Counted from the first letter of the stretch, positions 10,440-20,090 are shown. The stretch is DNA of 60,679 bases from an uncultured bacterium (GCA_949398915.1 CASLXJ010000002.1:1-60679), one strand, 5' to 3'. Notes: generated by a model not told the origin, from the sequence alone. Numbers and translations: made by a program.

Positions 10440-12677
10440 TTATTCAAATAATTCTTTGATTTTTTTATCGCAGGCAAGAAGCATATCTTTCAGCATAGTA
10501 AAACGCTGAACAGTATAGTTGTTTGAGACCATTCTTTTTAAATTCTTTTGTTCTCCAACAAGCACAACCATTTTTTTTGCTCTGGTGACTGCGGTGTAGA
10601 TAAGGTTTCTTGTCAATATCATGTTTGGGCCAGCAATAGAAGGGATAATCACGACATCAAATTCGCTGCCTTGACTTTTGTGTATGGTTATGGCGTAAGC
10701 AAGTGAAAGCTGACTTACCTCTGTTCTAGGATAAAGACAGCGTCTGCCATCTTCAAAGGTGACAACCATTTCACCATTTTGGAAATCTATAAGCTCAACA
10801 AAACCAATATCTCCATTAAACACGCCTTCGCCTTCTTCCTCTAAAAAGCCGTTCATTTTTTTCCATATCAGGCTGTAATTGTTTGCGGTTTGCATAACTT
10901 TGTCGCCAACTCTGAAAATAGTTTCACCGACCACCATTTCCATTTTTGAAATGGAAGGTGGATTGATGGCTTCTTGAAGACAGCGGTTGAGGTTGTCAAT
11001 TCCGCAAATGCCAGCTTTGAGAGGAGCAAGCACTTGAATTTGAGGGGAAGCCAGTCCAGTAAATTTTGGCAGTCTTCTTACAACCATGTCAACAATGGAG
11101 TTTTTAATCGAGCCTATATCAATTTTTTCTTCAAAGAAAAAGTCTTTTGAAGAATTGTCAATATATGGCATTTTTCCAGAGTTAATAAGGTGAGCATTTG
11201 TAATGATAAGACTGTCGTCACTTTGTCTGAATATTTTTGTAAGCATAGAGACTTTTATAATACCGCTCTTGATAATATCATCAAGCACATTTCCAGCGCC
11301 AACACTTGGAAGCTGATCTTTATCTCCGACAAGTATAAGCTTGCAATCGCGTGGAAGAGCTTTACAAAGATGATTCATGATTGAAACATCCACCATTGAA
11401 ACCTCATCAACAATAACTGCGTTTACTTTAAAAGGATTGTTTTCATTATAGACAAATCTGCTTACAGCGCTTATGTCTCCACTTGCCACTTCCAAAGCTC
11501 TGTGAATGGTTTTAGCCTCTTCACTGGTGCTGTCTGACAGCCTCTTTGCAGCTCTGCCAGTAGGGGCAAGTAAGATGAATTTCTGGTCATTTTGTTTTAA
11601 AATTTCGATTATACATTTAATAATGGTGGTCTTGCCTGTTCCCGGGCCGCCAGTAATCACTGAAACTCCGCTGTTAATTGAGTTTATGATTGCATTTTTC
11701 TGTTCTTCATGAAAACTTATATTAAACTTTTCCTCAAAATGCTTGATTTCATCATTGAGGTCTTGTTTTTCGCTGTTGATGCTGCTGTTTAAAAGTGCAA
11801 GCTTTTGAGCAACCGCATTTTCATAAAAATAATATTTAGACGGCGAAACAATTTCATATTCATTATGCCACATTGTTATGACTGATTTGTCTAAGATTAA
11901 ATTTGAAAGGGCATTGTCAAATAGCTCTTGATTAAGCTCGCAATCAAGCTCTAAAAGAGAAGATGATTGGGCAAACAACATGGCTTTTGGCAAAAAGGTG
12001 TTGCCAGTTTTTTCAACCGCATTATTGAGGGTATGCACAAGCCCAGCTCGAACGCGATATTCACTGTTTTTTGGTATACCTATTGACTGAGCAATCTTGT
12101 CGGCAGTGGAAAAGCCTATACCATTCACATCTTCGACAAGACGATATGGGTTATTTTTAACAATATCAATAGTCTTATTGCCATAAATTTCATAGATTTT
12201 AAGAGACATATTGGTGGTGATGTTGTATTTTTGAAGAAACATGACCGCATTTTGAAGCTTTTTAAGCTCTTTAAACTTTTCTCCAATCTCGAGTGCTTTT
12301 TTCATTGAAATATTCTTCACTTCAGCAAGTGCGGCAGGAGTAAACTCAATTATGTCAAAGGTTTGCTCTTTGAAATGAGCAACAATGTTCTTTGCGGTGA
12401 TTGGGCCAACACCTTTGATAAGCCCAGAAGATAAATACCTCTCAATTCCTGCAAGAGTGGTTGGAAGCACTACTTCATAAGAGGTAAAAGAAAACTGATA
12501 GCCATATTTTGCATTATTGACATATTCGCCCTCAAGAGAAAGATTTTCGCCAACACTTGCGTTTACAAGCTTGCCAACGCACACCACAGGAGTGGTGCGA
12601 AAGTCTAAAATAAAAACGGTGTAACCATTTTGTTCATTTCTAAATATAATTTCTTCAATAGGTCCTTCAATTTGCAT
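10440..12677 (-). CDS. recD2: RecD2-type SF1B ATP-dependent DNA helicase (RecD/TraA family)
   Basis: N-terminal HhH region (GVGPITAKNI). Walker A is ITGGPGTGKTT, Walker B is IVDEVSMVD, and the C-terminal motif is YAITIHKSQGSEF...TAVTRAKK. Length 745 aa. Confidence 0.88.
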   Translation of the reverse strand: MQIEGPIEEIIFRNEQNGYTVFILDFRTTPVVCVGKLVNASVGENLSLEGEYVNNAKYGYQFSFTSYEVVLPTTLAGIERYLSSGLIKGVGPITAKNIVAHFKEQTFDIIEFTPAALAEVKNISMKKALEIGEKFKELKKLQNAVMFLQKYNITTNMSLKIYEIYGNKTIDIVKNNPYRLVEDVNGIGFSTADKIAQSIGIPKNSEYRVRAGLVHTLNNAVEKTGNTFLPKAMLFAQSSSLLELDCELNQELFDNALSNLILDKSVITMWHNEYEIVSPSKYYFYENAVAQKLALLNSSINSEKQDLNDEIKHFEEKFNISFHEEQKNAIINSINSGVSVITGGPGTGKTTIIKCIIEILKQNDQKFILLAPTGRAAKRLSDSTSEEAKTIHRALEVASGDISAVSRFVYNENNPFKVNAVIVDEVSMVDVSIMNHLCKALPRDCKLILVGDKDQLPSVGAGNVLDDIIKSGIIKVSMLTKIFRQSDDSLIITNAHLINSGKMPYIDNSSKDFFFEEKIDIGSIKNSIVDMVVRRLPKFTGLASPQIQVLAPLKAGICGIDNLNRCLQEAINPPSISKMEMVVGETIFRVGDKVMQTANNYSLIWKKMNGFLEEEGEGVFNGDIGFVELIDFQNGEMVVTFEDGRRCLYPRTEVSQLSLAYAITIHKSQGSEFDVVIIPSIAGPNMILTRNLIYTAVTRAKKMVVLVGEQKNLKRMVSNNYTVQRFTMLKDMLLACDKKIKELFE

Positions 12678-12683
12678 ATTTAT

Positions 12684-12713
12684 ATTTTAATATCAAATGG
12701 GCTTAAAAATCAA
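12684..12713 (-). promoter_or_regulatory. promoter positioned for a leaderless recD2 transcript
   Basis: Minus strand TTGATT-18 nt-TAAAAT, then 6 nt (ATAAAT), then the ATG at 12677. No purine-rich SD. Confidence 0.5.
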
Positions 12714-12878
12714 CTAAAAAACACTTGCAATTCGATTTTTTTTAATATATACTATAAGTGGTGAATTGATAGAAATGTCAATGCCATCCATTTTGACCAA
12801 AAAGCAAGATGAAAGGTCAAAAACAAAAGTTTTGCAAAAGATTTTGCTTCAATAAATATTAAGAACAAGAGAGAATTT

Positions 12879-13262
12879 ATGAAAAGAGCCAGTAATTTAA
12901 TAGAAATTGAATCATTACTTGAAAACCTAATGAAAAAGAAAAATGTAGGCGGTATTTTGCGTATGAAGATACTCTTCTTTAGTCGTCTATATGAAAATCT
13001 TTCAATAAGCATGATTATTGAAAAACTCGGAATACAAAAGACCAATTTTGCACTTATGACAGCCGCTCTTGAAAAAGAGGGGTGCATTGTTGTCAAAAAG
13101 TCAAACCTTGATAGACGATGTCGGGTGGTCGAGCTTACCGAGAAGGGCAATAACGAACTTGATGGTTATTTGAAAGAACTTGACAGAGCATTAGATGCAA
13201 CTTCTCCAGAAATTGATTATGCAATCGAAATTTTAAGCAAATATTTAAATAAGATTATCTAA
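12879..13262 (+). CDS. MarR-family transcriptional regulator (short)
   Basis: Winged-helix segment LSISMIIEKLGIQKTNFALMTAALEKEGCIVVKKSNLDRRCRVVELTEKG. Lies 52 nt upstream of cysS. Confidence 0.65.
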   Translation: MKRASNLIEIESLLENLMKKKNVGGILRMKILFFSRLYENLSISMIIEKLGIQKTNFALMTAALEKEGCIVVKKSNLDRRCRVVELTEKGNNELDGYLKELDRALDATSPEIDYAIEILSKYLNKII

Positions 13263-13314
13263 AAGCTTTTTTTGATTGCGATTTTGCCAATTTGGCTTAA
13301 AGCAAGAGGGGAAA

Positions 13315-14712
13315 ATGTTAAAAATTTACAACACACTTACAAGGCGTAAGGAAGAATTTGTGCCACTTGAAGAAAACCAAGTGAAAATGTATGCCTGCGG
13401 AATTACCGTTTCAGGAAATGCGCATATAGGTCATTTATATCAAGCTATGATATATGACATTATCAGAAAGGTGCTTCAAAAGAATGGTTATGAGGTCTCT
13501 TACGCTCGAAATTATACAGATATTGATGATAAAATCATTGCAAAGGCAAACGAGCTTAATGTAAACTCTGCCGATTATGCAAGAGAAATGATTGAAAAAA
13601 TCAATGAAGAGATGCAATATTTTCAAGTTGATGAGCCTGATATTTGGCTTAAAGCGACAGAAAATATTGATAATATAATACATTTTATTGAAAAATTGAT
13701 TGAAAAAGGCTATGCTTACACCACTAAGAATGGTGATGTTTATTATTCAGTTGAAAAGTTTCATAAATACGGCACTCTTTCAAACAGAAATTTGGAAGAT
13801 GCAAAAAATGGCTATCGCATTGATAATGATGAAGAAAAAGAAAGTCCACTTGATTTCGCACTTTGGAAATCAGCCAAAGAGGGCGAGCCTTTTTGGATTT
13901 CTCCTTGGGGAAAGGGCAGACCGGGCTGGCATATTGAATGCTCGACAATGAACATGCAGGCTTTTGGTGAGCAAATTGACATTCATGGCGGCGGAAGAGA
14001 TTTGATTTTCCCTCATCATGAAAATGAAATTGCACAAACAGAAGCGCTTACTGGCAAACAGTTTGCAAAATATTGGATACACAATGGGCTTATCAAAGTT
14101 GAAGGTCAAAAGATGAGCAAAAGCCTTGGCAATACAATTGTGCTTGAAGATATAAGAAAACAATATCATCCAGAAGTTGTCAAGTTTGCACTTTTACAAA
14201 ACAGCTATCGAAGTGACATCAACATTACTGAAGCAAACTTCAAGCAGGCTGAAAAGCATATTCGAGGATTTTATCAAGTTTTGGCTGAAATTGAAGACAA
14301 ATTTGATGTAAATGACAAAAATATACAAACAAATTATCAAAATTATGTAATGGATGCCATGAATGATGATTTCAACAGTCCAAAAGCGCTTTCATATTTG
14401 TTTGAAATTTTCAAAACAATGCAAAAGAAAATTGACGCAAAGGATGAAAGTGTAGTAGGTGATTATAATGGCGTCAAAGAGGCGTATAAAATATTGGGAC
14501 TGTTTAAAAACAACAGCCAAAGCGTGATAAGTTTTATTGATAACAAATTGGAAGATTCTGTGCCAGAAGAGATAAAAAACTTAGCGCATGAACGCTGGAA
14601 CGCAAAAAAGGAAAGAAACTTTGCAAAAGCAGATGAAATCAGAAATGTTCTCACAGAGAAAGGATACTCAATTTTAGATAGCAAAGATGGCTATGAAATT
14701 CAAAAGCTTTAG
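13315..14712 (+). CDS. cysS: cysteine--tRNA ligase
   Basis: HIGH motif (NAHIGH), KMSKS, WHIECS zinc site. GAGGGG SD before the ATG at 13315. Confidence 0.93.
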   Translation: MLKIYNTLTRRKEEFVPLEENQVKMYACGITVSGNAHIGHLYQAMIYDIIRKVLQKNGYEVSYARNYTDIDDKIIAKANELNVNSADYAREMIEKINEEMQYFQVDEPDIWLKATENIDNIIHFIEKLIEKGYAYTTKNGDVYYSVEKFHKYGTLSNRNLEDAKNGYRIDNDEEKESPLDFALWKSAKEGEPFWISPWGKGRPGWHIECSTMNMQAFGEQIDIHGGGRDLIFPHHENEIAQTEALTGKQFAKYWIHNGLIKVEGQKMSKSLGNTIVLEDIRKQYHPEVVKFALLQNSYRSDINITEANFKQAEKHIRGFYQVLAEIEDKFDVNDKNIQTNYQNYVMDAMNDDFNSPKALSYLFEIFKTMQKKIDAKDESVVGDYNGVKEAYKILGLFKNNSQSVISFIDNKLEDSVPEEIKNLAHERWNAKKERNFAKADEIRNVLTEKGYSILDSKDGYEIQKL

Positions 14713-14734
14713 AAATTGAAGTGATTTTAATAAG

Positions 14735-14763
14735 AAAAAGTGTCAAAATTCGGCACTTTTTTT
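14735..14763 (+). terminator. Rho-independent terminator after cysS
   Basis: AAAGTGTC pairs with GGCACTTT, followed by T7. Confidence 0.75.
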
Positions 14764-14772
14764 AATTTGATA

Positions 14773-14801
14773 TTGACTAAAATATAATAATAGTATATAC
14801 T
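14773..14801 (+). promoter_or_regulatory. sigma-A-type promoter of the ankyrin-repeat gene
   Basis: TTGACT (14773-14778)-17 nt-TATACT (14796-14801). GGAGGA SD downstream. Confidence 0.65.
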
Positions 14802-14834
14802 ATATATTGAATAACGACGCGTTTGGAGGATTAA

Positions 14835-16586
14835 ATGAAAACATTATATGACAAAATCGTTGAAGCTGTAAAAAATAAAGACAAAGGCTATATTTACAAG
14901 GTTTCTGGCATGAAAGTGGCTGAGGCTAACTTACCAGTAAATGAAAATGGTGACAACCTTCTTTTGTGGGCTGTCAAGAATGAAGAGTGGGAAATTTTTG
15001 ACCGCGTTTTGCAAAACACTGAGCTTGATATAAATATCAAAGACAAACAGGGCAGCACTGTTTTAAATGAGCTTGTTAAAAAATTATCATTGAGTGATAA
15101 TACTTATGACAAACAAAGATGTTTAAGTTATGTTAAAAACCTTCTCAACAGAAGCGACATTGATATCAACACTCAAGATGAACAGGGAAATACACCTTGG
15201 GCGAACATTTTGGTTTACAACAACTATGAAAACCTTAGTGCTGAAGCTTTTGAATATTTGGATAAACTTGAAGATGTGTTCTATGCAAGAGAAGACCTTA
15301 ATGTAAATCTTCAAAACAACCGTGGCGAAACAGCATTGCTATTGGCTGCAAAAGCAAACAGAGTTGTCACAGTTGAAAAACTTATTGCTAAGTTTGCTGA
15401 TGTGAATATTCAAGACAATCATGGATATACTGCTCTTATCGAGGCTGTAAAAAGACAATATTCAACTCTTTTAAGCGTGCTTTTAGAGCATGAAAAAATC
15501 GATGTTAATATAAAAAATGAAAATGGAGATACTGCTTTCTCTATTTCAATGAATTTCTTACTTGACAGAGACGCTAGAGCTAAAGGAATTGCAAACAAAT
15601 TGCTTGATCGTGATGATGTTGATGTAAATGTAAGAAATGACCTTGGCGCAGCTCCTCTTATCACTGCTTATGTAAATAAATACAACGACATTCTCACAAA
15701 AATTCTTAAGAAAGAAAATGTTGATGTGAATATCAGAGGCACTCTTGAAGAAACTCTTCTTATGGAAGCAGGTTATGAAGGAAATTATAAACTTGCTCAA
15801 TATCTTCTTGGAAGGGGCGATATCGACATCAACGCCTTTGATAAAGATGGAAATACTGCTTTAATTACTACCATTCGTCGTCTTGATGAAAATGGCGAAA
15901 ATGGCTATGCAGTTATGAAGGCAATTCTTGCTCATCCAGATCTTGATATAAACGCTTCTAAAGAGGGCAAGACTACTGGAAACGCTCTCACGACAGCCAT
16001 TCGTAAGAAAAATGACAGGGTGATTGATATCATTCTCGAGCGTGATGATGTTGACATTGACAAACCAAACAACTACATCGCATTCGACTCTGCAATTTAC
16101 ACACAAGACCTTTCTCTTTTAAGAAGACTTACTGTAAATAAAAATTTTGATGTAGAAGACGAAGATTATAATGGTGCAAATGCTATTGGTCATACCTTTG
16201 ATTGTGCTTTAAACAGCATGGATAAAGAAAACTTTGATGTGCTTATTTCTTTCATTTTGGATGTTTGCAAACAGGAAAATATCTCTCAAGTAATCAATCA
16301 TAAAGATAAGTCAGGAAATACTGCAATTATGACTGCAATAAAGAGAGGCGCTAAGTGGTCTGATATCGAATTATTCCTTTCAGATGTAATCACTCATTTC
16401 GGTTTTGTAGACATTGATTTCAAAGCTTGCAACAATGCCGGCCAAAGCCTTGAAAGCATGCTTAAAGCTCAATCTGATGCTCAAAAAGAGACTGATATTA
16501 CAAGAGTTATTAAAAGATATAACGACAAATGTGAGGCAAACGGTCTTCAACCTTTAAATAATGGCCAGGAGAGCGAAATTGAATAA
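14835..16586 (+). CDS. ankyrin-repeat protein (583 aa, no signal peptide)
   Basis: Many roughly 33-aa modules of the type G-TAL--A------V--LL----DVN--D (for example NNRGETALLLAAKANRVVTVEKLIAKFADVNIQDNHGYTALIEAVKRQ). Confidence 0.85.
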   Translation: MKTLYDKIVEAVKNKDKGYIYKVSGMKVAEANLPVNENGDNLLLWAVKNEEWEIFDRVLQNTELDINIKDKQGSTVLNELVKKLSLSDNTYDKQRCLSYVKNLLNRSDIDINTQDEQGNTPWANILVYNNYENLSAEAFEYLDKLEDVFYAREDLNVNLQNNRGETALLLAAKANRVVTVEKLIAKFADVNIQDNHGYTALIEAVKRQYSTLLSVLLEHEKIDVNIKNENGDTAFSISMNFLLDRDARAKGIANKLLDRDDVDVNVRNDLGAAPLITAYVNKYNDILTKILKKENVDVNIRGTLEETLLMEAGYEGNYKLAQYLLGRGDIDINAFDKDGNTALITTIRRLDENGENGYAVMKAILAHPDLDINASKEGKTTGNALTTAIRKKNDRVIDIILERDDVDIDKPNNYIAFDSAIYTQDLSLLRRLTVNKNFDVEDEDYNGANAIGHTFDCALNSMDKENFDVLISFILDVCKQENISQVINHKDKSGNTAIMTAIKRGAKWSDIELFLSDVITHFGFVDIDFKACNNAGQSLESMLKAQSDAQKETDITRVIKRYNDKCEANGLQPLNNGQESEIE

Positions 16587-16605
16587 AAAATGATTTCAAA
16601 AATAT

Positions 16606-16637
16606 TAAAAAATGTACTAAATTTAGTGCATTTTTTT
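16606..16637 (+). terminator. Rho-independent terminator after the ankyrin gene
   Basis: ATGTACTAA pairs with TTAGTGCAT (one G-U pair), followed by T7. Confidence 0.65.
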
Positions 16638-16646
16638 GAATGCCTA

Positions 16647-16675
16647 TTGAAATCATAGCCTATTTATGATATAAT
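16647..16675 (+). promoter_or_regulatory. sigma-A-type promoter (extended -10) of the ThyX-like gene
   Basis: TTGAAA (16647-16652)-17 nt-TGaTATAAT (TATAAT at 16670-16675). Confidence 0.7.
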
Positions 16676-16722
16676 TTAAGAGGTGATAATAAGAATAAAA
16701 TGTATTTTAAAGGAGCAAGGGA

Positions 16723-18102
16723 ATGAATATAAATATAAAACTGAAAACAATGCTTGAAGGTGAAAAAGGTTGTTTATCAAAAGATGAAATTGTAAAGAGT
16801 TTAAGAGAAATTAAATATCAAGTTTTGTTTGAAAACGACAATGTTTCTCTTGATACAAAGGTGCTTGACCTTATGATTGATAGGGTGGCAAATGTATTTG
16901 CAAACCGCATTCCAAAGCAGTATAACTATGATTTCAACAGGCTTATCGCTGGACTTATGGGTGCAACTTGCTATATGCCAGACACTTTTGAAAAATTAAA
17001 CTTAAAACCTATTGAAAACATTCTTGGCATTTCAACTCAAGTTGAGGATAGTGGACACCATTCAACATTTGGTCATTCTTTTTTGACTCTTGAAATTTCT
17101 GGCATTCCAAAGGCTCTTGCAATGGTGCTTAACAATGAAAAAGAATACAACACAAGTGAAAAGTCTGCAAGATATACTCGCATGAAAGACATAGAGCCAA
17201 GACAAAATGCACTTTATGATAAATGGGTGAACATTTTCGAACAAGAAATCAAGAAGATGTATCCAAACGGCTCTTCAAAATTCTTTGATGAAAATGGCAA
17301 AAAAGCGAGAAAACTTGCTCAGGAGAATGCGAGATATTTGATTTCAGTGTTTACTCCAACAAATATGGTTTATTCAACAAGCTTCAGACAATTAAATTAT
17401 CTTTGTCACTGGTTTGAAGATGAAATAAAGCAACCAAGCAACAATTTTTATGCTTCAATCGTGCCTTCAATGCAAGAGTTTGTAGATTTCTGCAAGGATA
17501 AAAACCTTTATTCTGATAAACTTGATGATCGTAAGGACAGAACATTATCTTTATTCGATGAGCCTGTTTTGAAAACAATCTATTCTTCAAATTATCAAGG
17601 TGTTTATAAAATGTCGTTTGCCTGCCTTGCTCAAGAACAAAGACACAGAACAATTGACTATTCAATCAACAAATTTACATTTGTAAATGATTTTTCAAAA
17701 ATTACAGAATTTTATATTCCACCAATTATTGCTGGAAATGAAAGACTTCGTGATGAATATCTCAAAGATATTGCATCTGTTGCAGAATTTCTTCCTCAAG
17801 GCACACTCTTGGATGTAAGTGAAGCGGGCAGTTATAAAAACTTTATTCTTAAGGCAAAAGAAAGACTTTGCGCTTGCGCTCAGAAGGAAATCCGCGACCT
17901 TACTCTCGTTCAAACAAAAGAATACGCAAATGCTCTTGATAACGAAGCTGAAACTTTTGTCAGTGAACAAAAAAGAAAACAGGCAAGGCGCATGTCAAAC
18001 AAACTTACTTCAATGTCAAACGGCTCTCGCTGCCGCACTGGCTATAAATGCAAGTCTCCATGTGGATTTATTGACGGAATAAACCTTGAAAGTTTAGTTT
18101 AA
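16723..18102 (+). CDS. ThyX (Thy1)-fold protein, apparently two fused ThyX-like halves; divergent flavin-dependent thymidylate synthase-like
   Basis: N-half has SGHHSTFGHSFLTLEISGIPKALAMVL....SEKSARY, i.e. the ThyX core with S-x-R-Y but without RHR. C-half has FACLAQEQRHRTIDYS (RHR at 17641-17649) and ...ERLCACAQKEIRDL. GGAG SD. Confidence 0.5.
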   Translation: MNINIKLKTMLEGEKGCLSKDEIVKSLREIKYQVLFENDNVSLDTKVLDLMIDRVANVFANRIPKQYNYDFNRLIAGLMGATCYMPDTFEKLNLKPIENILGISTQVEDSGHHSTFGHSFLTLEISGIPKALAMVLNNEKEYNTSEKSARYTRMKDIEPRQNALYDKWVNIFEQEIKKMYPNGSSKFFDENGKKARKLAQENARYLISVFTPTNMVYSTSFRQLNYLCHWFEDEIKQPSNNFYASIVPSMQEFVDFCKDKNLYSDKLDDRKDRTLSLFDEPVLKTIYSSNYQGVYKMSFACLAQEQRHRTIDYSINKFTFVNDFSKITEFYIPPIIAGNERLRDEYLKDIASVAEFLPQGTLLDVSEAGSYKNFILKAKERLCACAQKEIRDLTLVQTKEYANALDNEAETFVSEQKRKQARRMSNKLTSMSNGSRCRTGYKCKSPCGFIDGINLESLV

Positions 18103-18111
18103 TTAAATAAT

Positions 18112-18141
18112 AAAAAAGCTAGTAGATTACTAGCTTTTTTG
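18112..18141. terminator. bidirectional terminator between convergent genes
   Basis: AAGCTAGTA (18116-18124) pairs with TACTAGCTT (18128-18136), flanked by an A-run and a T-run. Confidence 0.85.
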
Positions 18142-18168
18142 TTTGAAAAATGAAAATTTCCAATTAAA

Positions 18169-18912
18169 TTAAAGTCTTTCAAGCTCTTCTTCTATATCAT
18201 TTCTGATGACAGGGTAGTATTTTTTATATTCTGGTCTTTCTTCTTGCAACTTAGCGTCCAAGGTTTTAAGTTCATCATAGTCTTTTACAACAATTTCAGA
18301 AATTTCGTCATAGATACCTGAAGCTTGTTTTTTTAGAGTATCAAGCTCTTGCTCAAATTGGTCAATGGTTGTAAGTTGTGAAACATTTTTATTTAAATCA
18401 TTGGCTTTTTTAAGGCCAGACAAAAGACGATAGTCATCTTGCTCAAAATGAATATCTTGAAGCCCAGCAAGGCTTACATGTTCAAGATTGATTTTTAAAA
18501 ATCTATAGTTGGTGTCAATTTCAGGCTTGAGAGCTTTCATTTCTTCAATGAATTTGTTTGCAATACCGATTTCAATGCTTTTCCCAGGGAAATATTTTTT
18601 CTCAAGACTTGCAAAAATTGTATCTTTTTCCTTGATAACAATTTGAAGAAAACCTTTGTGTCTTTTTGCAAATTTTTGTAATTCTGGGTCTGTCTTAATT
18701 TCATTGACAGCCTTTTCAATGACACTTATATTTTTCTTTACTTCCGACAATTGTGCACCAGTGCAATCTTTCTTTTTATCACATAAGCTTAAAAATTTAA
18801 TTGCATTTTGAATGTTGTAATATAAATCAGAAATTGGAGAAATATGCCATTCGTTTTTATCATATTTAAAACCAAGTTTCCAAGCTCTTTTTGCAACTTT
18901 ATTTTCTACCAT
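18169..18912 (-). CDS. hypothetical protein, largely helical/coiled-coil-like (247 aa)
   Basis: ORF with AAGGAG SD. No family recognised. Confidence 0.55.
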   Translation of the reverse strand: MVENKVAKRAWKLGFKYDKNEWHISPISDLYYNIQNAIKFLSLCDKKKDCTGAQLSEVKKNISVIEKAVNEIKTDPELQKFAKRHKGFLQIVIKEKDTIFASLEKKYFPGKSIEIGIANKFIEEMKALKPEIDTNYRFLKINLEHVSLAGLQDIHFEQDDYRLLSGLKKANDLNKNVSQLTTIDQFEQELDTLKKQASGIYDEISEIVVKDYDELKTLDAKLQEERPEYKKYYPVIRNDIEEELERL

Positions 18913-19035
18913 AATAATACTCCTTAATATAATAGTATTTTAGCATAGAAAGCATTTTTTATCAAGACTAAAATTAAAATTTGTTTGCTATTTTTAATAA
19001 TATACATTATAAGCATGAAAAAAAGTTTTCAAAAT

Positions 19036-19068
19036 AATAAAAAAGCTGGACATACGCCCAACTTTTTT
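19036..19068 (-). terminator. Rho-independent terminator after rplL
   Basis: Minus strand AAGTTGG pairs with CCAGCTT (one G-U pair), followed by a T-run. Confidence 0.6.
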
Positions 19069-19098
19069 GCACAATATTCTTTTATATTTTTATTTGAT

Positions 19099-19473
19099 TT
19101 ATTTAAGTTTAACAGTTGCACCAGCTTCTTTGAGCTTAGCTTCGATAGCTTTAGCTTCGTCTGCTGGAACATTTTCTTTAACTGCTTTAGGAGCAGCTTC
19201 AACTAAAGCTTTAGCTTCTCCAAGTCCAAGTCCAGTGATTTCTCTTACAACTTTGATTACAGCGATTTTGTTTGCACCTGCTTCAGCAAGTTCTACTGTA
19301 AATTCAGTTTTTTCTTCAGCAGCAGGAGCAGCAGCACCAGCTGGGGCAGCAGCAACTGCAACTGGAGCAGCAGCGCTTACGCCAAAAGTTTCTTCAAGTT
19401 CTTTTACAAGTTCAGATACTTCAAGAACAGTCATTGATTTAATTTCTTCAACTAATTTTTTAAGATCAGCCAT
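19099..19473 (-). CDS. rplL: 50S ribosomal protein L7/L12
   Basis: [32 protein letters not shown], an Ala-rich hinge, and ...[12 protein letters not shown]... Confidence 0.97.
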   Translation of the reverse strand: MADLKKLVEEIKSMTVLEVSELVKELEETFGVSAAAPVAVAAAPAGAAAPAAEEKTEFTVELAEAGANKIAVIKVVREITGLGLGEAKALVEAAPKAVKENVPADEAKAIEAKLKEAGATVKLK

Positions 19474-19574
19474 TTTAAAATTCCTCCTTAAATGTTTGTG
19501 GGATATTTCCCAGATAATTTTTAATTTTGATTTTTTTTATTACTTTGATTGCGAATAAACAGTTTTAAGCGCAA

Positions 19575-20090
19575 TTATTTTGTTGCAATAGCATTCAATG
19601 CTCTTGCAAGCCCTTCAACAGGGGCGATAGCAACTCTAGCAAGCCCAGTAATAGGGGCATTGAGAGTGCGAAGAAGAGTAGCAACAAGTACTTCCTTGCT
19701 TGGAAGTTTAGCCAGAGCTTCAATATCCTTGCTTTCAACGAAATTACCATTAAGTAAACCAAATTTTACGGTTAATTTCTTTGTTTTTTCAGCTGTCTGG
19801 CAAGTGATTTTTGGACCACTTACTTCATCATCATAACTGAAAGCAACCGCACTGGTGCCATGAAGATATTCTTCAGCACCATTGATTCCAAGTTCGTTGA
19901 GTGCAAGGAGCAATAATTTGTTTTTGTAGACTTTGTATTCAGCGCCATTATTTTTAAATTCACGACGCATTTGCATGTCTTCAGCAACAGTAAGTGCATT
20001 GTAGTCAACGAAAGTCACAGATTTTGCTCTTGAAAGTTTTTCTTTGATTTCTTCAACTATCAATTTTTTTGCTTCTAAATTAGCACCCAT
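19575..20090 (-). CDS. rplJ: 50S ribosomal protein L10
   Basis: 171 aa located immediately upstream of rplL. Contains FVDYNALTVAEDMQMRREF. Confidence 0.93.
   Translation of the reverse strand: MGANLEAKKLIVEEIKEKLSRAKSVTFVDYNALTVAEDMQMRREFKNNGAEYKVYKNKLLLLALNELGINGAEEYLHGTSAVAFSYDDEVSGPKITCQTAEKTKKLTVKFGLLNGNFVESKDIEALAKLPSKEVLVATLLRTLNAPITGLARVAIAPVEGLARALNAIATK

Noticed and set aside
12752-13150. 132-aa minus-strand ORF overlapping the MarR-family gene.
   Set aside because: It fully overlaps a plus-strand ORF with a recognisable winged-helix motif. It has hydrophobic, low-information composition and no SD.
13263-13314. I looked for T-box leaders upstream of cysS (13263-13314) and leuS (22804-22888), as is common in Firmicutes.
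   Set aside because: The intergenic spaces are only about 50 and 85 nt, too short for a T-box of roughly 200 nt or more. No specifier or T-box (AGGGTGGNACCGCG-like) sequence is seen.
19067-19836. Plus-strand ORFs 19067..19558 (Ala/Ser-rich) and 19549..19836, antisense to rplL and rplJ.
   Set aside because: They are antisense shadows of highly expressed, Ala-rich ribosomal protein genes. The minus-strand products are unambiguous L7/L12 and L10.
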